Source: Tubulanus polymorphus (taxonomy: Eukaryota > Animalia > Nemertea). From it: a DNA stretch of 64,000 nucleotides. A program made the translations under genes and the position numbers. The notes beneath the pieces are model-generated. The model was not told the DNA's origin. It was given only the letters and a program-made list of their open reading frames with translations, and ran no database searches. Shown here piece after piece: positions 37,201 to 50,662 of the stretch (position 1 is the stretch's first letter; each line of letters starts with the position of its first letter). The DNA is taken from the NCBI RefSeq assembly GCF_964204645.1, contig NC_134027.1:23460560-23524559 (forward strand). The letters run 5' to 3'.

Positions 37201-40200
37201 ATTAACGGTAACATTTCCTCGTCGACATCCTCGTCATCGTTATCATCATCGTCATCTTCTTCGTCCTCTTCGTCCAAATCGTCGTCGTCTTCGTCGTCGA
37301 TTTTCGGACGTTTGCTCGGCCGAGCGGAATTCTCCGACGAGTCGATGATCGACGACGGCACGTCGTTCGAGTCGTCGTCGAACGCCGGTTGACTGCTCTG
37401 AGTCGTGTCGTCTAACTGCGACCCGGCACCCCCGCCCCCTCCCCCGCTGTTAGTTTGCTCTTTTCTCTTCTGATATCTCACCTGCAGGAAGGAATTGAAA
37501 AATTTTTATGACAGGGTTCTTAACCCTTTCAGTGCTGGCTAATTAATACCCTGTAGTGCTGAAGATAATTTGAAAATTCTGAAAAATTCCACCCTAGTGT
37601 GTTCAATAACAGGAATAGCACTATAGTGCGTCTACACCGCAGCGCGGCGTATCATTAGTAACTAATATTTCACAATGTTTAACAGGTGCTGCCATCTTTC
37701 AATAGAGATAATTAGTAATTACTAATTAAATCAATACACCGCAGTGCGGTGTACTAGCAAAATCCTTCACTGATTCGTACACCGCACTGCGGTTTAGACG
37801 CACTGAAAGGGTTAAGGGTTCCCCCAATTTGATTTTCCAGAACTTCACCATACCCAGATTATAAATTTTCCAACCTAGAACAGGCAATGTAGGCCCATTC
37901 AAAGTAAGTGTCTATTATCAATACCATCGACATAGTGTTTTCATAAAGTTTGTTATCAAATGTGTAGGAAGACATTTAGGCGTATAGGCTAATTATCTTG
38001 CCTTACCCCCTGACTTTTCACTGACTTGATCTGCTAAGGATCCAAACAATTAAAACAGTTCAAATACGTAAGACATACCGGTAGCTGGGAACTGTTCGAT
38101 TCTACGCATGATCCAGCAATCTCAACAAATTTCCATGACTTGTTCCTAATTTCAAGCTGTTATTTATTTTAGAAAATTCCTCGACTTTTTAAAAGAAAAG
38201 GAAATTCCCCGACTATTCCCCGATTTTCAGGTAAGTGGCCACCCTGCCCAAAGTTTTGCAAGACTTCATTAAGAGTAAAGACTTGTAGCCTGAATTACAG
38301 TCAGGTCTGTTATGTACTGGGTGCGAACGACACGTATTAGAATACAGGTGAAACCATGGACTTTCGTTTTAGGGTCCATGGTGAAGCGCTGCACCTATAC
38401 TTATAATGAACAGAACATTTTTTAATGTAAATTAAGAGGATTAGATATCGAAGATAGACAAGATCAAAATCAGGATTAAATTGATCCGAATTAAGCGGAG
38501 TTGACTGTAATAAAAATTCTCGCACCTGAGTTCTCTCTAAATAGTCGTCATCGTGGGGGTCATCTGGGTCGCCGCGCGATCGTTCCTGAACGTGGACCAG
38601 TTTCGGTCCTTTCAAGCCGAACATATCCGGGAAGAAGTACGCCATCGACACGAGTATCCGTTCGTCGCCGATACTCAGCGTGAATTTGCGGATATACTCG
38701 TCTGGGTCTTTCAGCTGGATTTGCTCCTCGAGGATTCCGGATATTTCCTAAAACGATTGAAATAAATGAAATATGAACTGGTAGTTTCACGGCTAACGAG
38801 TGCTGCCTGCAGGATTGAAATGAGGACCCTTTCGCGAGTTCAGTTTGAATGTGTTCATTTTGCACTATTCTGTTTAATACCTTGGGTCAAATTTAATCCG
38901 AAAATTGTGGAACTGGGTCCAGTTTTGTAAGAGTAATTCTCTGATTCTGAATTAAATTTTTTTGACCCTTTCATTGCTGACTAATTAATTACCTGAAAGT
39001 GCTGGGGATAATTTGAACACTAGTTACTAATATTTCACTATGTTTGGCAAGTCCTGCCATCTTTCAAAAGTAACAGTATTTTCTAAGAGTATTTCTCTTA
39101 ATAAGAAATAGCATTTCAAAGAGTATGCCCCTATAAATTAGAAATAACCTTTCTAAGAGCATTTCTTCGAATTAGAAATAAGATTTTCTCTGAATCAGAA
39201 ACCGGTGATTTTTGAATATTCAAACGAATCAAGTCCGCGGCCTGACGATGAATTCTAGTCGACCATACCTGGTCCAAGTGGCAGAGTTTCTCTTTCAGTT
39301 CCTTCAACGAGAGGATATCGAAACGTCGAATCAAACTGCAGTCTTTATACGGAAACGACACGCGATTGAGCAACCAGAGAAACGTTCGCGATAAATCACT
39401 TCCACCGTATTCCATCACAAATCTGAAAGACATTCCGTAAAACTGTATAGACTAGTTACGAGAAAATAGCGGGCTGTTGGCGGTACGCGAAATAACGGGA
39501 TTTGATTACCGTACAGTTAACAATGAACTTAACATCGCTAACGTTTATTTTCCGTTTCATTTACGTTTTCAACCGAAATTGATGGGCGTTTTGAAAAGAA
39601 ATTAAACACGTACCGTACATCGTTGCATCGGCTTTAAAACCGTTGCAATCACGTGTACAACGCGTTTCAAACGGAACCATAAACGAGAACGTGACGCGTG
39701 GAACACACAAACGATGCATAATTTATGTCAAGGGGTCATTCATTTATTACGTACGCATTAGGGGAGGGGTCAGTGAAATCGCGTACTGTTATGCTTAATG
39801 CATATGAAAAAATGGCCGATTTTGCTTACAGAGGGGGAGGGGGTTGAAAAAGTTCAAATTTTATGCGTACGTAATAAATGAATGATCCCCAAGTTAATTC
39901 TAAGCTGTACCGTACATGCATTGAAATACAATTTTGGTCATGCAAAATCAATCAAATCAAAGATTCTTCGTTATAAAGCTCCTTTGGTCACATATGGCGC
40001 TGCAACAAGACCTCAACTGCACGGATATATAAGAAATTCATCCGGAATTTGCAAATTTTCAGTGTCTTTTGAAATACTCACCTCGTATCTTTATGAGACA
40101 GTCCGTCCTCGACGCAACTGACGCTCGTTTTCTGATCGCCGACGTCGATTACGCAAGCGCTGGGAATTCCGGCACCGAACGTCGCGCAGACGGATTCCTG

Positions 40201-40954
40201 AACGACGAACGCGGCGCTGAATCCTAGTTTGTTCAGCAGAACGTTCATCAGTTCCTTCACGTGGTGTCGGTTGTATATATCGGGAATCAGTAATATCGCT
40301 CTGTAGTGCTGTAATATACGCAAATAGAATCGTAAGATTTGGTACTTAACTCTTTGCCAGCCAGGGTGGAAATGACCTATTACTTTCTTGCCAAAACTGT
40401 ACTCGCTACAGTTGACTCGTTTCTAACCTCTAATGATAGATGGCGAATTAATCGCACAACACCACTTAGTTTAATGCCTGGTACTACAAAAGCAGATTAT
40501 CATCAGTCATTCGATGCAGTGCATTAATGATGTCATCTATTGAAATGGGGACTCAAAAATACACTGCATTCCATTGTAAATCAACTGACAAATTTCTTGT
40601 AAACACACACGACACAAGGACATGCTCGGAAACTTTCAGCTATTTCCGTGTTTCCTGGAGTTGTGTGCGATGGGTTAACTGGTACTATTATGATATAAAC
40701 AGAATTGATGCGTCCGAATGTGAGAAGCGGTCGTTTGTTTTTTGGCTTACCTTCAGATTATTCAACGGAATATCGAGGTGGTGTTGAATCGCGTCGGCCC
40801 AGATCGTTTCGATATCGTGTAATACAGCGGTGATAGAACCACCGGCGCCCTCTCGCAGATTCAACCTGCCGCGACGTATCGGCCAATACAGACGATAGAA
40901 ATCGCTGGTTCTCACGTGCAACGCCTACAATCAGTTTAATAACCGGTTTATTTC

Positions 40955-40987
<33 letters not shown>

Positions 40988-43900
40988 GTAATAATGTTTA
41001 TTTTTATATATAGCGTTATTCTCATTACAGACTCGTAACGCTTTACATAAAACAGGATAAGTAATATGATTCAGATATAAAATGATAAAACGATACAGAG
41101 CCATTACAACATTTCAATCACAAGTTTCATTAAAAAAGTGAGTTTAAGGCTCTTTTTAAAAATTGACAGTAACTCGCAATCACGAATAGATTTTGGCAAT
41201 GAGTTCCACAAAGTAGGACTCGCATAACTAAAAGTTTTAGAGCCAATGTTCCTCCGAGGAACTGGTTTACAGATGATTGACCTATCCAAGCTAGAGCGTT
41301 TTTCCAATTTCATCTCAGACGAAGTTCCGAACACATGTGAAGTGTGGATGATGAGTTTTTGAGAGTAGTGTGCTGATGTCTGGTGTTTGTAGTTCATTTT
41401 CGATTAAAAATGTCTTCTTTTTTTTTATAACCTCAACCCACTGAGCGCCACGCAGGGCATTATTAGCAGGTTCGATGTTTCTTTTTACCAATGGGGAAGA
41501 ACATAAGAACATTCGACCAAGAAACTCTGACGCTACTAGGATTCGAACCCATAAACCCTGTGGATCGACGAGATCAGTGACCGGCGGCTTAAACCACTCA
41601 GCCACTGCGCCTCTCAGTGCGTGTCTTGAAGTCATATGAATTAATGGTGATGAAATGTCAAACGTCTGAGGGGGTTGGGTCCAGGCCGCAGATTGATACG
41701 TGCAGAAACACACTTTAACGTTACAACCTTACATCCAATTCAAATTACCTCTTCGCCGATGAAATGTTCTTTGCCGTTAGTTATCGTCCAAGATATCGGA
41801 GACTTGACGTCTGTCGATTCGACAGTTCTCATCTGATTGGCCGCGACTATCTGAAGAAATAAACAAAAACCACGTCACGCGTATTTGGTGAAATCAAGGC
41901 CTCGATCTTCTGTGACGATCAATGAGTCCATGCGTGGCAAAAGCAGATTTATGAAGATCTTGAATTTAATTCCTCAGTAAAAGGCCTTTATAACGCCACC
42001 ATTTGTACGGATGAAAAATATGGCCCTATAAAGATTGGTATTTTCACTGAATTTGGGATAGATCGAGCAAATTTGATTCTAGGAAAATTGCCCCCCCCCC
42101 CGACAACTGCCCCCCCCCCATGGACAATTGCCCCCCGAACAAAATCCTTTTTGATTTGGATTAACACCACCTAAATACTTAACTTAGAAATTCATTTGTA
42201 TATTATTGAATATAGATTTATAAGATATAGAATTACTGATGAACTTTAAATCAGTCCTTGTGTAATTATTCTGAAAGATGTTGGCCTTAAGATACAGAAG
42301 CATTTGAAAGGATAGCATTAACCCGAACTTTGTACATTCACGCACCTGGAAATCGGGTTTGAGAATACAAGATTGACTACAAGATCAGTTTAAAACACAT
42401 TGTTCAAAACCAAAACACGGAAACAAACAAACATGCGTGATCTCGAACACATTGTTTCCAAAACCATGCTTCTCGTTTCTCATGCACACAACACAGAAAT
42501 ATGTTTTCTGTCCCCTGTTTCTGTATATCCCAGCATCGTGTGCATTGGGCTTTAATAATTCACAGACAATTTTTCCAAATGGAAATGGTGCCTTTAAAGT
42601 CAATAGCCCTATACCATGCCATCATACTGCACAGATGTCGTCAACATTAAGCGGTGACTCGATGACATGTGATCTTGAAATTGCTAAAGAATGTTGCTTT
42701 TCGCCGAAAATTGACATCCCAGAACTATGCTTCATAAAGCGTAAAATTAATTCCCAAATACTTCCAAACCGGGAGACGAGAGCTTTTCCAGGTACTGAAG
42801 GAACCAAGTACAGATTTTACTCCACCACGAACCTGTTTGATAGGAACCGATTGCCGGAATTCACCGGATTTCGTCGGTCTAGTGAGTAATGCTTCTTCCG
42901 CTGACTTTAATCCCTGTTTCATTTGACTGACGCGATCGGAATGCTGTAAAAAATTGGAGCAAGAATTTAAGCGGTTAATGATACAAAAAATGGGATTCCT
43001 CCTTTTGTACTTTTGCCGATGTCCGCTCTAGTATAAAGTATTCGCCTACGCTACGGTAGCTATGATGGTGCTGACATGTTGGCATCGTAAGAACGTGCCA
43101 GATCTCAGGCTCCCTCGCAGGGATCTGAACCCGATGGCATCGTCAGACTCTGCCACATTCCTCCATCACAGGATTTGAACCTGATGGCATCGTGAGAATT
43201 TGCCCCATTTCTTCCATGCGGGGATTCGAACCTCTGATGGCATCATGACTCTGCCATATTCCACCCTCACAAGGATCTGAACCTGATCATGCCTGATGGT
43301 AGTCAGTAACCTGTCAGTGGTTTAGTTTCACAAACGGATATTTTCACAAACCACATGGTATAAGCCCATCTGATTATAAAAAGCTTACCACCAACGAATA
43401 GGTAACTAACTAGCCTGATGGCATTATGAGACTAAATCCTTTTTTGCAAAAATGACTTACATTGCACTCATTTCGGATGTACCAGTTGTCTTCTTCGGGT
43501 TGCAGCGGTTTTTTCTTGAGGTCTTTCTGTTTTCGAGCGATACAGTTCGTTATCTGCAGAGGGAACGGATCCGAAGCCCGTCCGATGTACAAATTATACG
43601 AACCGGGATGAATTACTACAATCGCCGATCCCTGCAACGGCTGAAATTTTACAGGAAGAAAAAGTATTTAAGTCGGATGGCTAAAACACTAAATAATTAG
43701 TAACTGTAATCGGTATTCGATAGAAATAACCTGGCGCAATTCCGAAGGAGGGGATGCTCTAGCTCCCAAAGGGTCTCCCTACTTCCTTTATAATATTTGT
43801 TTACGATATCGGAATGGCCACTTTCCACCCATTTACAAATTTCCTAATTTTTTCTATCAGCTTACACAAAATTCCCATATAAATTTCTACGTGTAAAATG

Positions 43901-44156
43901 TGATGAATTAATTTTTCATTGAATCACATATTGATAGGAAAACACAAGTGGTCAATAAATAGCACTATCTGTCAGGCTCTGTCAGTACTAAGTAGTGTCA
44001 GACTCAAAGGGGATAACCCTTTCTTTCTTTTTGAGAGGCCGAGGCCGAGGGGTCTGCTCTGAAAATTATGGGTCTGTGATTTTTTTCTGTACCTACCTGT
44101 AGTGGTGTGTCTGGAGCAGACTGAATGGAAGGTCTTTTTGCGGCAGTCGGTGGCAT
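31285..44156 (-). CDS. ACTR8: Actin-related protein 8 (INO80 complex subunit), 11 coding exons, ~620 aa
   Basis: Exons (minus) 44156-44097, 43640-43461, 42943-42833, 41850-41749, 40924-40751, 40308-40082, 39422-39269, 38747-38526, 37481-37160, 36395-36229, 31428-31285, all GT-AG, 1863 nt in frame. Motifs IVVIHPGS.NL.IGRASD, WPIRRGRLN, YRAILLIPDIYNRHHVKEL, QESVCATFGAGIPSACVIDVGDQKTSVSCVEDG, GDPDDPHDDDYL, MKKRMYSCIIVVGGG, DMDPKFACWKGAAVMSCLDTSQELWI...LREKAPFLW*. Confidence 0.96.
31495..31785. repeat. ~37-bp degenerate tandem repeat (AATTAAACCCCACACAACTGTGGAACTGGATCCAGAGTC-like)
   Basis: About 8 units; related arrays at ~15810-15880, 21850-22040 and 38880-38925. Confidence 0.7.
32620..33627 (+). 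CDS. Intronless class A GPCR, paralog 5 (nested antisense in ACTR8 last intron); an upstream in-frame ATG exists at 32593
   Basis: Intact 7TM ORF with ADL, NRH, CWMP and NPIIY motifs; lies in ACTR8 intron 31429-36228. Confidence 0.93.
   Translation: MDINVSTTCAAEHIKVYNMILQGIISLVILFGSGILIILVVTKPNLRTNFTDLLVSMAGADLTAGVYMLFATVGGIVRSSLSNVPFCFLLHSFATLSVISSCVHVVLIGINRHMAVKYPIKHRKHARLYTYISICVGWMISVLFTALRCLWMVKSGFLKGDDCCHKFVVSGTAYITTLTFVLSVSVLLLLIVHVDIIRLLVLKRNRQITPAIRSGITQYTMTRLRNTIRISVMIFLSFTICWMPYLAVEWHIRLHGPSDTLLSTRYLVFIILFLNSSVNPIIYTIFNPDFKKAFWSVLCYLKRRRQHRLQQQQAAQIETIAHPPPNVRTINVRPL
36780..37100 (+). repeat. ~105-bp degenerate tandem repeat (3 units); one inverted copy at ~41315-41415
   Basis: Recurrent GTGTTCAGGA..TCATCGGAGA..TTTTAAT.GAAAATGAACTAC. 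Confidence 0.6.
37524..37811. mobile_element. piggyBac-type MITE copy (opposite orientation to the 2118 and 4268 copies)
   Basis: TTAA|CCCTTTCAGTGC...GCACTGAAAGGG|TTAA. Confidence 0.85.
39732..39890. mobile_element. MITE with 26-bp TIR GGGGTCATTCATTTATTACGTACGCA (PIF/Harbinger-like)
   Basis: Near-perfect terminal inverted repeats around a 159-bp element. Confidence 0.75.
40955..41300 (-). mobile_element. L2/CR1-type LINE 3' end with (ATT)n tail
   Basis: ORF GSKTFSYASPTLWNSLPKSIRDCELLSIFKKSLK is typical of the L2/CR1 ORF2 C-terminus; (AAT)n at 40955-40995. Confidence 0.75.
41419..41611 (-). mobile_element. tRNA-derived SINE
   Basis: Minus strand GGCGCAGTGGCTGAGTGGTTTAAG (A box) ... GGGTTCGAATCCT (B box), followed by ~110 nt of unique body and an A-tail; no clean anticodon arm. 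Confidence 0.75.
43085..43290 (-). repeat. Tandem array (~4 x 53 bp) of tRNA-like A-box/B-box units
   Basis: Units such as GGAATGTGGCAGAGTCTGACGATGCCATCGGGTTCAGATCCCTG and ...GGTTCGAATCCCC. Confidence 0.6.
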
Positions 44157-45255
44157 ATTTCAAGTATACTGTTATCAGCCAGCCGCCGGCTCGTATCTAT
44201 CTTTACTACTATTAGCACTCAGTAAAAAACGTATTTTCAATTTTTTCCATCGCTCAACGACCTTGAGAATTACTGGAGAATATCACTAATAGTCGGATTG
44301 TGATCAATACTCTAAAAGCCTTAACTGGATTTAATTATGGATTTCGGTGAAATTGACGCAGTAAAAACCGGGGATACGCCTAGAATAGATTTAGGCCCTT
44401 AATGTAGTGTGTAGAGCCATTGGAAAGCCTTAGTAGTTAGCAAGGGACTGGTTTACACTTACGTATACGACTATTTATTTCGATTACTTTCTCTCCAGCT
44501 ATTAATCGTGGCCGAATGCTGGTCACTACGGTCTTCAATTCCTTTGCCGATTTTTGCAGCTGGTGGGAATATATTTAAACCACAGTGTGCAAGTGTACGT
44601 TTCAAATTAAGCGTCTCGGATGCTGTAAGTACTTGACGTTTTGTGTAATTGTTTTTTTCTAATGTCATGTTAAAAATATTTGGATCAGTAATCATTCGTG
44701 GCTAGTGTACATGCATTGTTATTATGGAATGATAATTCACGGGCATCAAGAATCCTACGATATACCCTTGATATGAAGCTTTTAAAAGTTTATCAGGGAC
44801 TTGTTTTGGAGTAAACCGAATAGCCCTTAAAACACCGAATCCACATGGCTTAACGGTCGGTGTCTAGTGCTCTGCGAGACAGTAGTAATACATGTTTCAC
44901 GACAAACGCACGATTTAAATATTTATTATACTTTCTTTCACTCCTCTATTATATTACATAACTGAGTAATTCTTACATTAGATTGCTTAATTACAGGTGG
45001 AAAGAGGTCAGATGGCATGAAAATCGACTGTGGCTGTCTAATTGACGCGCGTAGATAAAGCGTTGAGGTTTCAAAAGATGTCGCCAAAATGCTTGTATCA
45101 TCAGGGGTAGACAAATTATCCGAAGATAAATGAAAACTCCACCTTGTTGATCGTCAGTTGATTTAGCTGTAATTATTTCGTCTGGATCAATCGACATTTC
45201 AAAATCTGTGTTCAGTAGAATTTCTTTCAATAAAATAAGAATCTATTTGACTAAT

Positions 45256-46265
45256 TTTTAGCCCACTTGGGACTTTAGTCCCAGCGGGCTATTGCGTTCA
45301 CTTTTCGTCCGTCGTCCGTCATGTATCTACCCTAGACACATCTTCAGCCCAAAAACTGGCCCTGTCACAATCAAGATGGCCGACTGGCAGCCATTGCTGT
45401 TCGTCAAATTCAGCACTTTTTACACTTTTTGAGGGAACTTTTGAAGACGCTTAAATCAATTACCTTGATCTTTCGTATATATTTGAATCCCCCAAGTCGA
45501 TCGGACTCAAGATGGCCGTCCTAAGACCTTTATAGTGCCCAAAAATGTCAATTTTGGCCCAAATTCTGAGTCATGTAGCTTCCTACTGGTTTGCCATTTC
45601 TCATTGCAATTTGTGAAGGGCATTCGTTATAGAAAAGGAAGTTTTATACCTGAGCCAGGAATTTTTGATCGGCCAATTATGACGTAATTGGCGGCCATCT
45701 TGGTATCATCAGTACTCATTCGTAGGTGGGAAAAAGTTTTGCCACATTATATTGATACCGGTACCTAAGCATATTTTGTCACCACAATCAATTGCAAAGT
45801 TGTAGCTCATGACATTGTCTATGATTGTGGTGAGTTTTGAGGACATTAGTTATTCTATATGGTCACCAGGGGGTAGAATAGTAGAATAGTAGAATAACTT
45901 AGTATTTCCTGATTAGATTGGTACCTAGGTATATTTTGTTACCATGATCTATTGCAAAGTTGTAGCTTATGACATGTTCTATTATTGTGGAGTTTCAAGG
46001 TCATTGGGTTTTGCATATGGTCACCAGGGGTCATTGAATAGTAGAATTACTTAGTATTTCCATATTAGATTGGTAACAAGGCATATTTTGTTATCACAAT
46101 CAATTACAAAATCGTAGCTGCTGACATGTTCTATGATTGTAGTGAGTTTCAAGGTCATCGGTCTTTGTATATGGTCACCAGGAGGCGTTGAATATTGAAA
46201 TTGTTAGATTGTTGAGCATTGGAAACCACTACCCAAGTGGGAATGGTGTCCCTGGACCCATAGTT
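45256..46265 (+). mobile_element. Non-autonomous Helentron/DINE-1-like element (HINE) with internal ~155-bp tandem repeats
   Basis: Starts TTTTAGCCCACTTGG; (CCGT/CGT)n microsatellite near the 5' end; subterminal inverted CCAAGTGGG at ~46233; 3' hairpin ATGG.GTCC..GGAC.CCAT then AGTT; three internal repeats at 45755-46190. Confidence 0.75.
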
Positions 46266-47659
46266 TACTAATGTATTCAGGAGTGAATTTTAATTGATCT
46301 CAAAACAAGATTATATTATATTATATTCATTCTTTATTTTGCTAATAAACATGAATTAAATATAAATTACATAATTCTTTTTTTTATACATATATTAGCA
46401 AGGTAAACCTGTTAAAAGTTTTCACTTGTAGCAACAGGTACCCAAATACACACTTCACTCTCACCCACACATTCATACTTTCGCATTCACACATGATTTT
46501 CTACTGCTACAGTGAAGGCATACAAAAATAGGTAAATAATAGTAAGATGATATAGGTACAGTTACATTGTTTGATTAATTCTTTGGGGCTTTTTTTTATT
46601 AATAATGATTAATAATTACTAATTATGAATTTCTTATAAGCTGACTTAAAGATCTCTAGGGAAGGTGATGATTTGAAAATATTACTCATTTCATTCCAAA
46701 GTTTTTGGTCATTGTAACTAAGGAAATTTCGGCTTAAGTTATTTCGGCAAAAGGGCAGTACAAAATAGTTTTTGTGGAAGAGAAAGTATTCTTCAAAAAT
46801 TTAGAAAATCCTAGACTCATAATCAAATTCTGCGAAGTCATTTAAGGTCTTTTGCTCGATCAAGCCAAGAAGGGCTCAGGTGGCTAATATTCAATTCCTC
46901 ACTGTCCTATAATGCCGAGTACGACGGAGTTTACACACTGAAAAACGTTGCGCTGTGTAATTTGGATAAGTCAACAATATAATGACGGCCCTGCCCCGCG
47001 CGCTCCATCTGAGACATAAACAAGTTGGACTCGGGATGGCGTCAAGGCCCGTCATCTCAGTCTACAGACTGTACTCAGGCGGGAAGTCGAAACGTAATGA
47101 TAGACATGTTAGCCTCGATTGAGATGCAGTTTACCCACTGGACCCTAGCTAATTGATAATGCTCAATAACCAATGAACTATTGGTACTTAGACTACCATC
47201 TTCGGTCCCAACGTTTACAGATCTGAACCCTCTAGTGCTGCTTTTTAAATTTATCATTAGCGGTGAATATACGAACTAACAATATGATACAATATTCCTA
47301 CTGCGGCATGTGAGTAAAAAGTTAGTTCACACATTTACCGTCTACGATTAATTCACCGACAGCACTTGACGGTTAACAATTAGGCCAACGTAAATTGGCT
47401 CCGGTATGAAACCAACCTGCAGAGGATGCTGAGTGTACACAGGGAAGCGAGTAAAACCATTGGTGGAAGCCGGAAAACTCCGGTAGAAGAGGCAACCAAC
47501 CCTGGCAAGCAATGATGCATTGATCGAGTCATGTGCGTGATTCAACTGGTCAGTTTTAATCATGTAATTCTTACACCAAATAAATCATATTGAATACGAA
47601 AATAAATCTGTAGCTCGGCAAATCATCTTAACTTGTAACAGCACATGCATGGAGAATCC

Positions 47660-47715
47660 GCGAGTCATCACTTCCGGTGTGGAGTCGTGACCCGCCATAT
47701 TGAAGTTTGGTAAGT
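47660..47715 (+). promoter_or_regulatory. Promoter-like segment and putative first non-coding exon (donor GTAAGT at 47710)
   Basis: CACTTCCGGTG (ETS-like), CCGCCATATTG (YY1-like) and G|GTAAGT followed by a T-rich intron-like stretch. Confidence 0.45.
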
Positions 47716-50662
47716 CTTGGAATTTTTCCAGTTTTTTATTCTTGAATTATATCTATGTATTAAGTTAACAGTTCGGTATTAACCCGGAAATGCAGGCACA
47801 AAAAACACCGAATCTAAAACTGACCCGAGACCCGCCGCCAAACTATATTCAAAGTCGTTTTTGAAGTACACGTCACGTGTGTCGTCGTCACGGTTCGGTG
47901 GTCCGCACCTCGCCGGCTGTGCTGTGTACGTATGAGGGAGAAAATCACAGGGACTTGTCACGTTTGATAATGGATGAGACCAATGATGGGGGTACCAGTA
48001 TCCCTGCAACTGTATAATAAAATAACAAGGGTAGCAACAAATTGTCAATCTGACAATGACTTCTCCACTTCAATCGACTGTAATTCCAAAAATTCTCATC
48101 CGATTCACATGAAATAAGCTTTAATACAACCTAGAAGACTTTCTGCTTCCAACGAGCCTTCAACCACCACTCTACGACAATTATCTCATAACGGAATCAC
48201 CGTTTTTTGACGAGAGATAGCTCAAAATGGAGGTCTACCGATTCTTTCACCCAGTCCTCCACAGTGTGTATCTTCGTTGCTCTACGATCCTGTGTAACCA
48301 CCCACCCAGACACGTTCATTCAAATTCACGTGACTTTTGCCGACACAACTACTGTCGGCATTTTTGCCTGTGTTCAAACTGCGATATCTCAGCAAATAAA
48401 CAACCGATTTTGATAAATAAACTATCTACACTAACCTTATGACGTCTCACATTTGTTCATTATATTATTTTGACGATAAATCTGATTTTAGTACGATTAA
48501 ATTTAAGATACAAAAATGATGCGCTGATTAGCAATGAGACACGCATCGCTCAAGTGTCATGTTGCTAACGAACTACAGTGTTACAATGCCTAGTTTCAAA
48601 GTGAAAAAATGGGGTCATTTTTTGCTATTTCTGTATTCATATCGCATCAAGCACGGAGTATGATGAAGGAACCTGCAAATGAACATAATAATAAGAAAAC
48701 TGAATATGTGAGGTTTGTAATGATAGTTTATTTTTCACAATCGATTTGGTGAAACTGGATTTCTGGTGGTTTAAAGTCACAGCGATTAAAGAGTATCGAG
48801 AAAATGTCATTCGTGTCTTAGTGTCTGTGGTACATCAGACACTAAGGTTCTTGGTGAACCGATTCTATGGTGGACAGCAAAATGGCCGTTTTTTTCACTT
48901 CAAACGATGATTTGTATGTGAGATCTTAGAGATAACCCCAACAAACCATACATTTTTTAAAACTACGCGGCCATACCTGTACGCTAATCTCATTTATTTG
49001 TATAATCCACGCGATGGGTATATATTTATTACTGTTTACAGATTATATTGTGGTGAATATTACCAGTAGTGACCTCCTTTTCTTATTGTTACAGATATGA
49101 AAACAACAGATTTCATCAATCAATCCTTCCTACAATGGTCAGTCTGACTGTAACTAGGCTGAGATCTATTGATCATATTTTAGAAAAGGTTTGTCTCTCA
49201 TTCATTCAATCGTGTAACTGATATCTGTGAATAGTCTACAATCAACAGATACCACATTGAAATCTAATATTCTTTATTTCAGGCACAATTCCTGTTTACT
49301 GTGAAGTAAGATTGAGTCAAGCGCAACGCTGTAGAAGTATCAGAGGAGGAGTATCGTAGGAGCAGCAGAGCAGGAGTATCGTAGGAGCAAGAGTATCGTA
49401 GGAGCAGCAGGAGTATCATAGGAGCAGCTGAATGAATCACAGAAGAGATAAGATAAGTAGTTTTAGAATTATGTGTTTATTCATACCACTTATTGATAGA
49501 GGAGTTGAAGATGTTCAGGACCAGAGTTCAGTTTATCTTCAAACAGACTAAAACTAAATGTAGAATCATTATAACGGTTATTGAATATATCTCCAGCAGG
49601 GATCTGTATCCATCTTCAGCTCACTTCACACACAGCTATAGATCAGAGTTCCTTACAGCGACCACTGAATCGACCTAATCATTACAACTGAAATAATGAT
49701 AACGCATTCTATATGAACACATATGAAGCACAGCTGAAACCAAAGTGATAGAAAAATAGAAAGTTGTAAAATATTTTCTGACGCAGTTTGATTTGCGTCA
49801 GATTGTAACTGTAGAAGTTTCACTCATTGTTTCAGTCTAATAGAGATTTAATTGATGTACATGTAACACTGACTGTGTAACACTGCAGTCATTTATTCAC
49901 TTTTTCCTCCTCAGTTTGAAGAATGTTTGTTCTCTCATCTTCATTAGCCATAAGAATCATTCTCATCTGTGTAACTACAACATCGTAACATTTCTACTTA
50001 TTCAATCATAGAGGGAATGAGTAGTATGAGGTTTGGGTATGGAATGGGACAGGGTATGGTGTAGTTGACAGTTAGGGTAGGATAGGGTAATGTGATGAGG
50101 TAAGGTCGGTTGGATGATGCAGGGTTGTTTGATGTGGTTGGATTCGATGATGAGTTTAATATAGAACTGTTTGGGGGTAAGTGATGTAAGTGGTAGTGTA
50201 CGGTGTGTATGTTCGGAGGGTGTATGATAACAGATTGAAAGGTTGCTGGTAGAGGGTGGTTCAGTAGCATCCTCACTCACCAGGGCTTGGGTTGCTTCCT
50301 GCTGAAGCTCACGTCTACACAAACGCTGCCCGAAACTTTATCCATCGGTCTGTTGGAATACAAGAAATTATCCAGCCAATGAAATCAGGAAATATCCAGC
50401 CAATGAAAATTATGGAAATATACATTATTCTTGTGTTGGACCCTCGGTAAGCGAAAACTCTATCGACCACCAGTGATGCCAGTCACAATGAGGTGTACAT
50501 GTTTTACTGTTGGCAAATATCCTTCAATAAATTTTGATAAAGGATAAGTTGATGTCAGCAGCGGAGAATACAGAGTTCCGGATCGGGAAAATAACATCAC
50601 AGGAAATCATTGTACCTGAGTTTGTCCACAGGTCAAGGGTCAAGGTCTAATCATGTGACCTG

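Noticed and set aside
41530-41611. Possible tRNA-Ser/Leu gene
   Set aside because: Imperfect acceptor and anticodon stems plus a unique body and A-tail; called a SINE instead.
43731-43832. Candidate ACTR8 first exon (ATG 43832, donor 43730)
   Set aside because: In-frame TAA at codon 15; 44156-44097 gives a KRP...LQ N-terminus matching ARP8.
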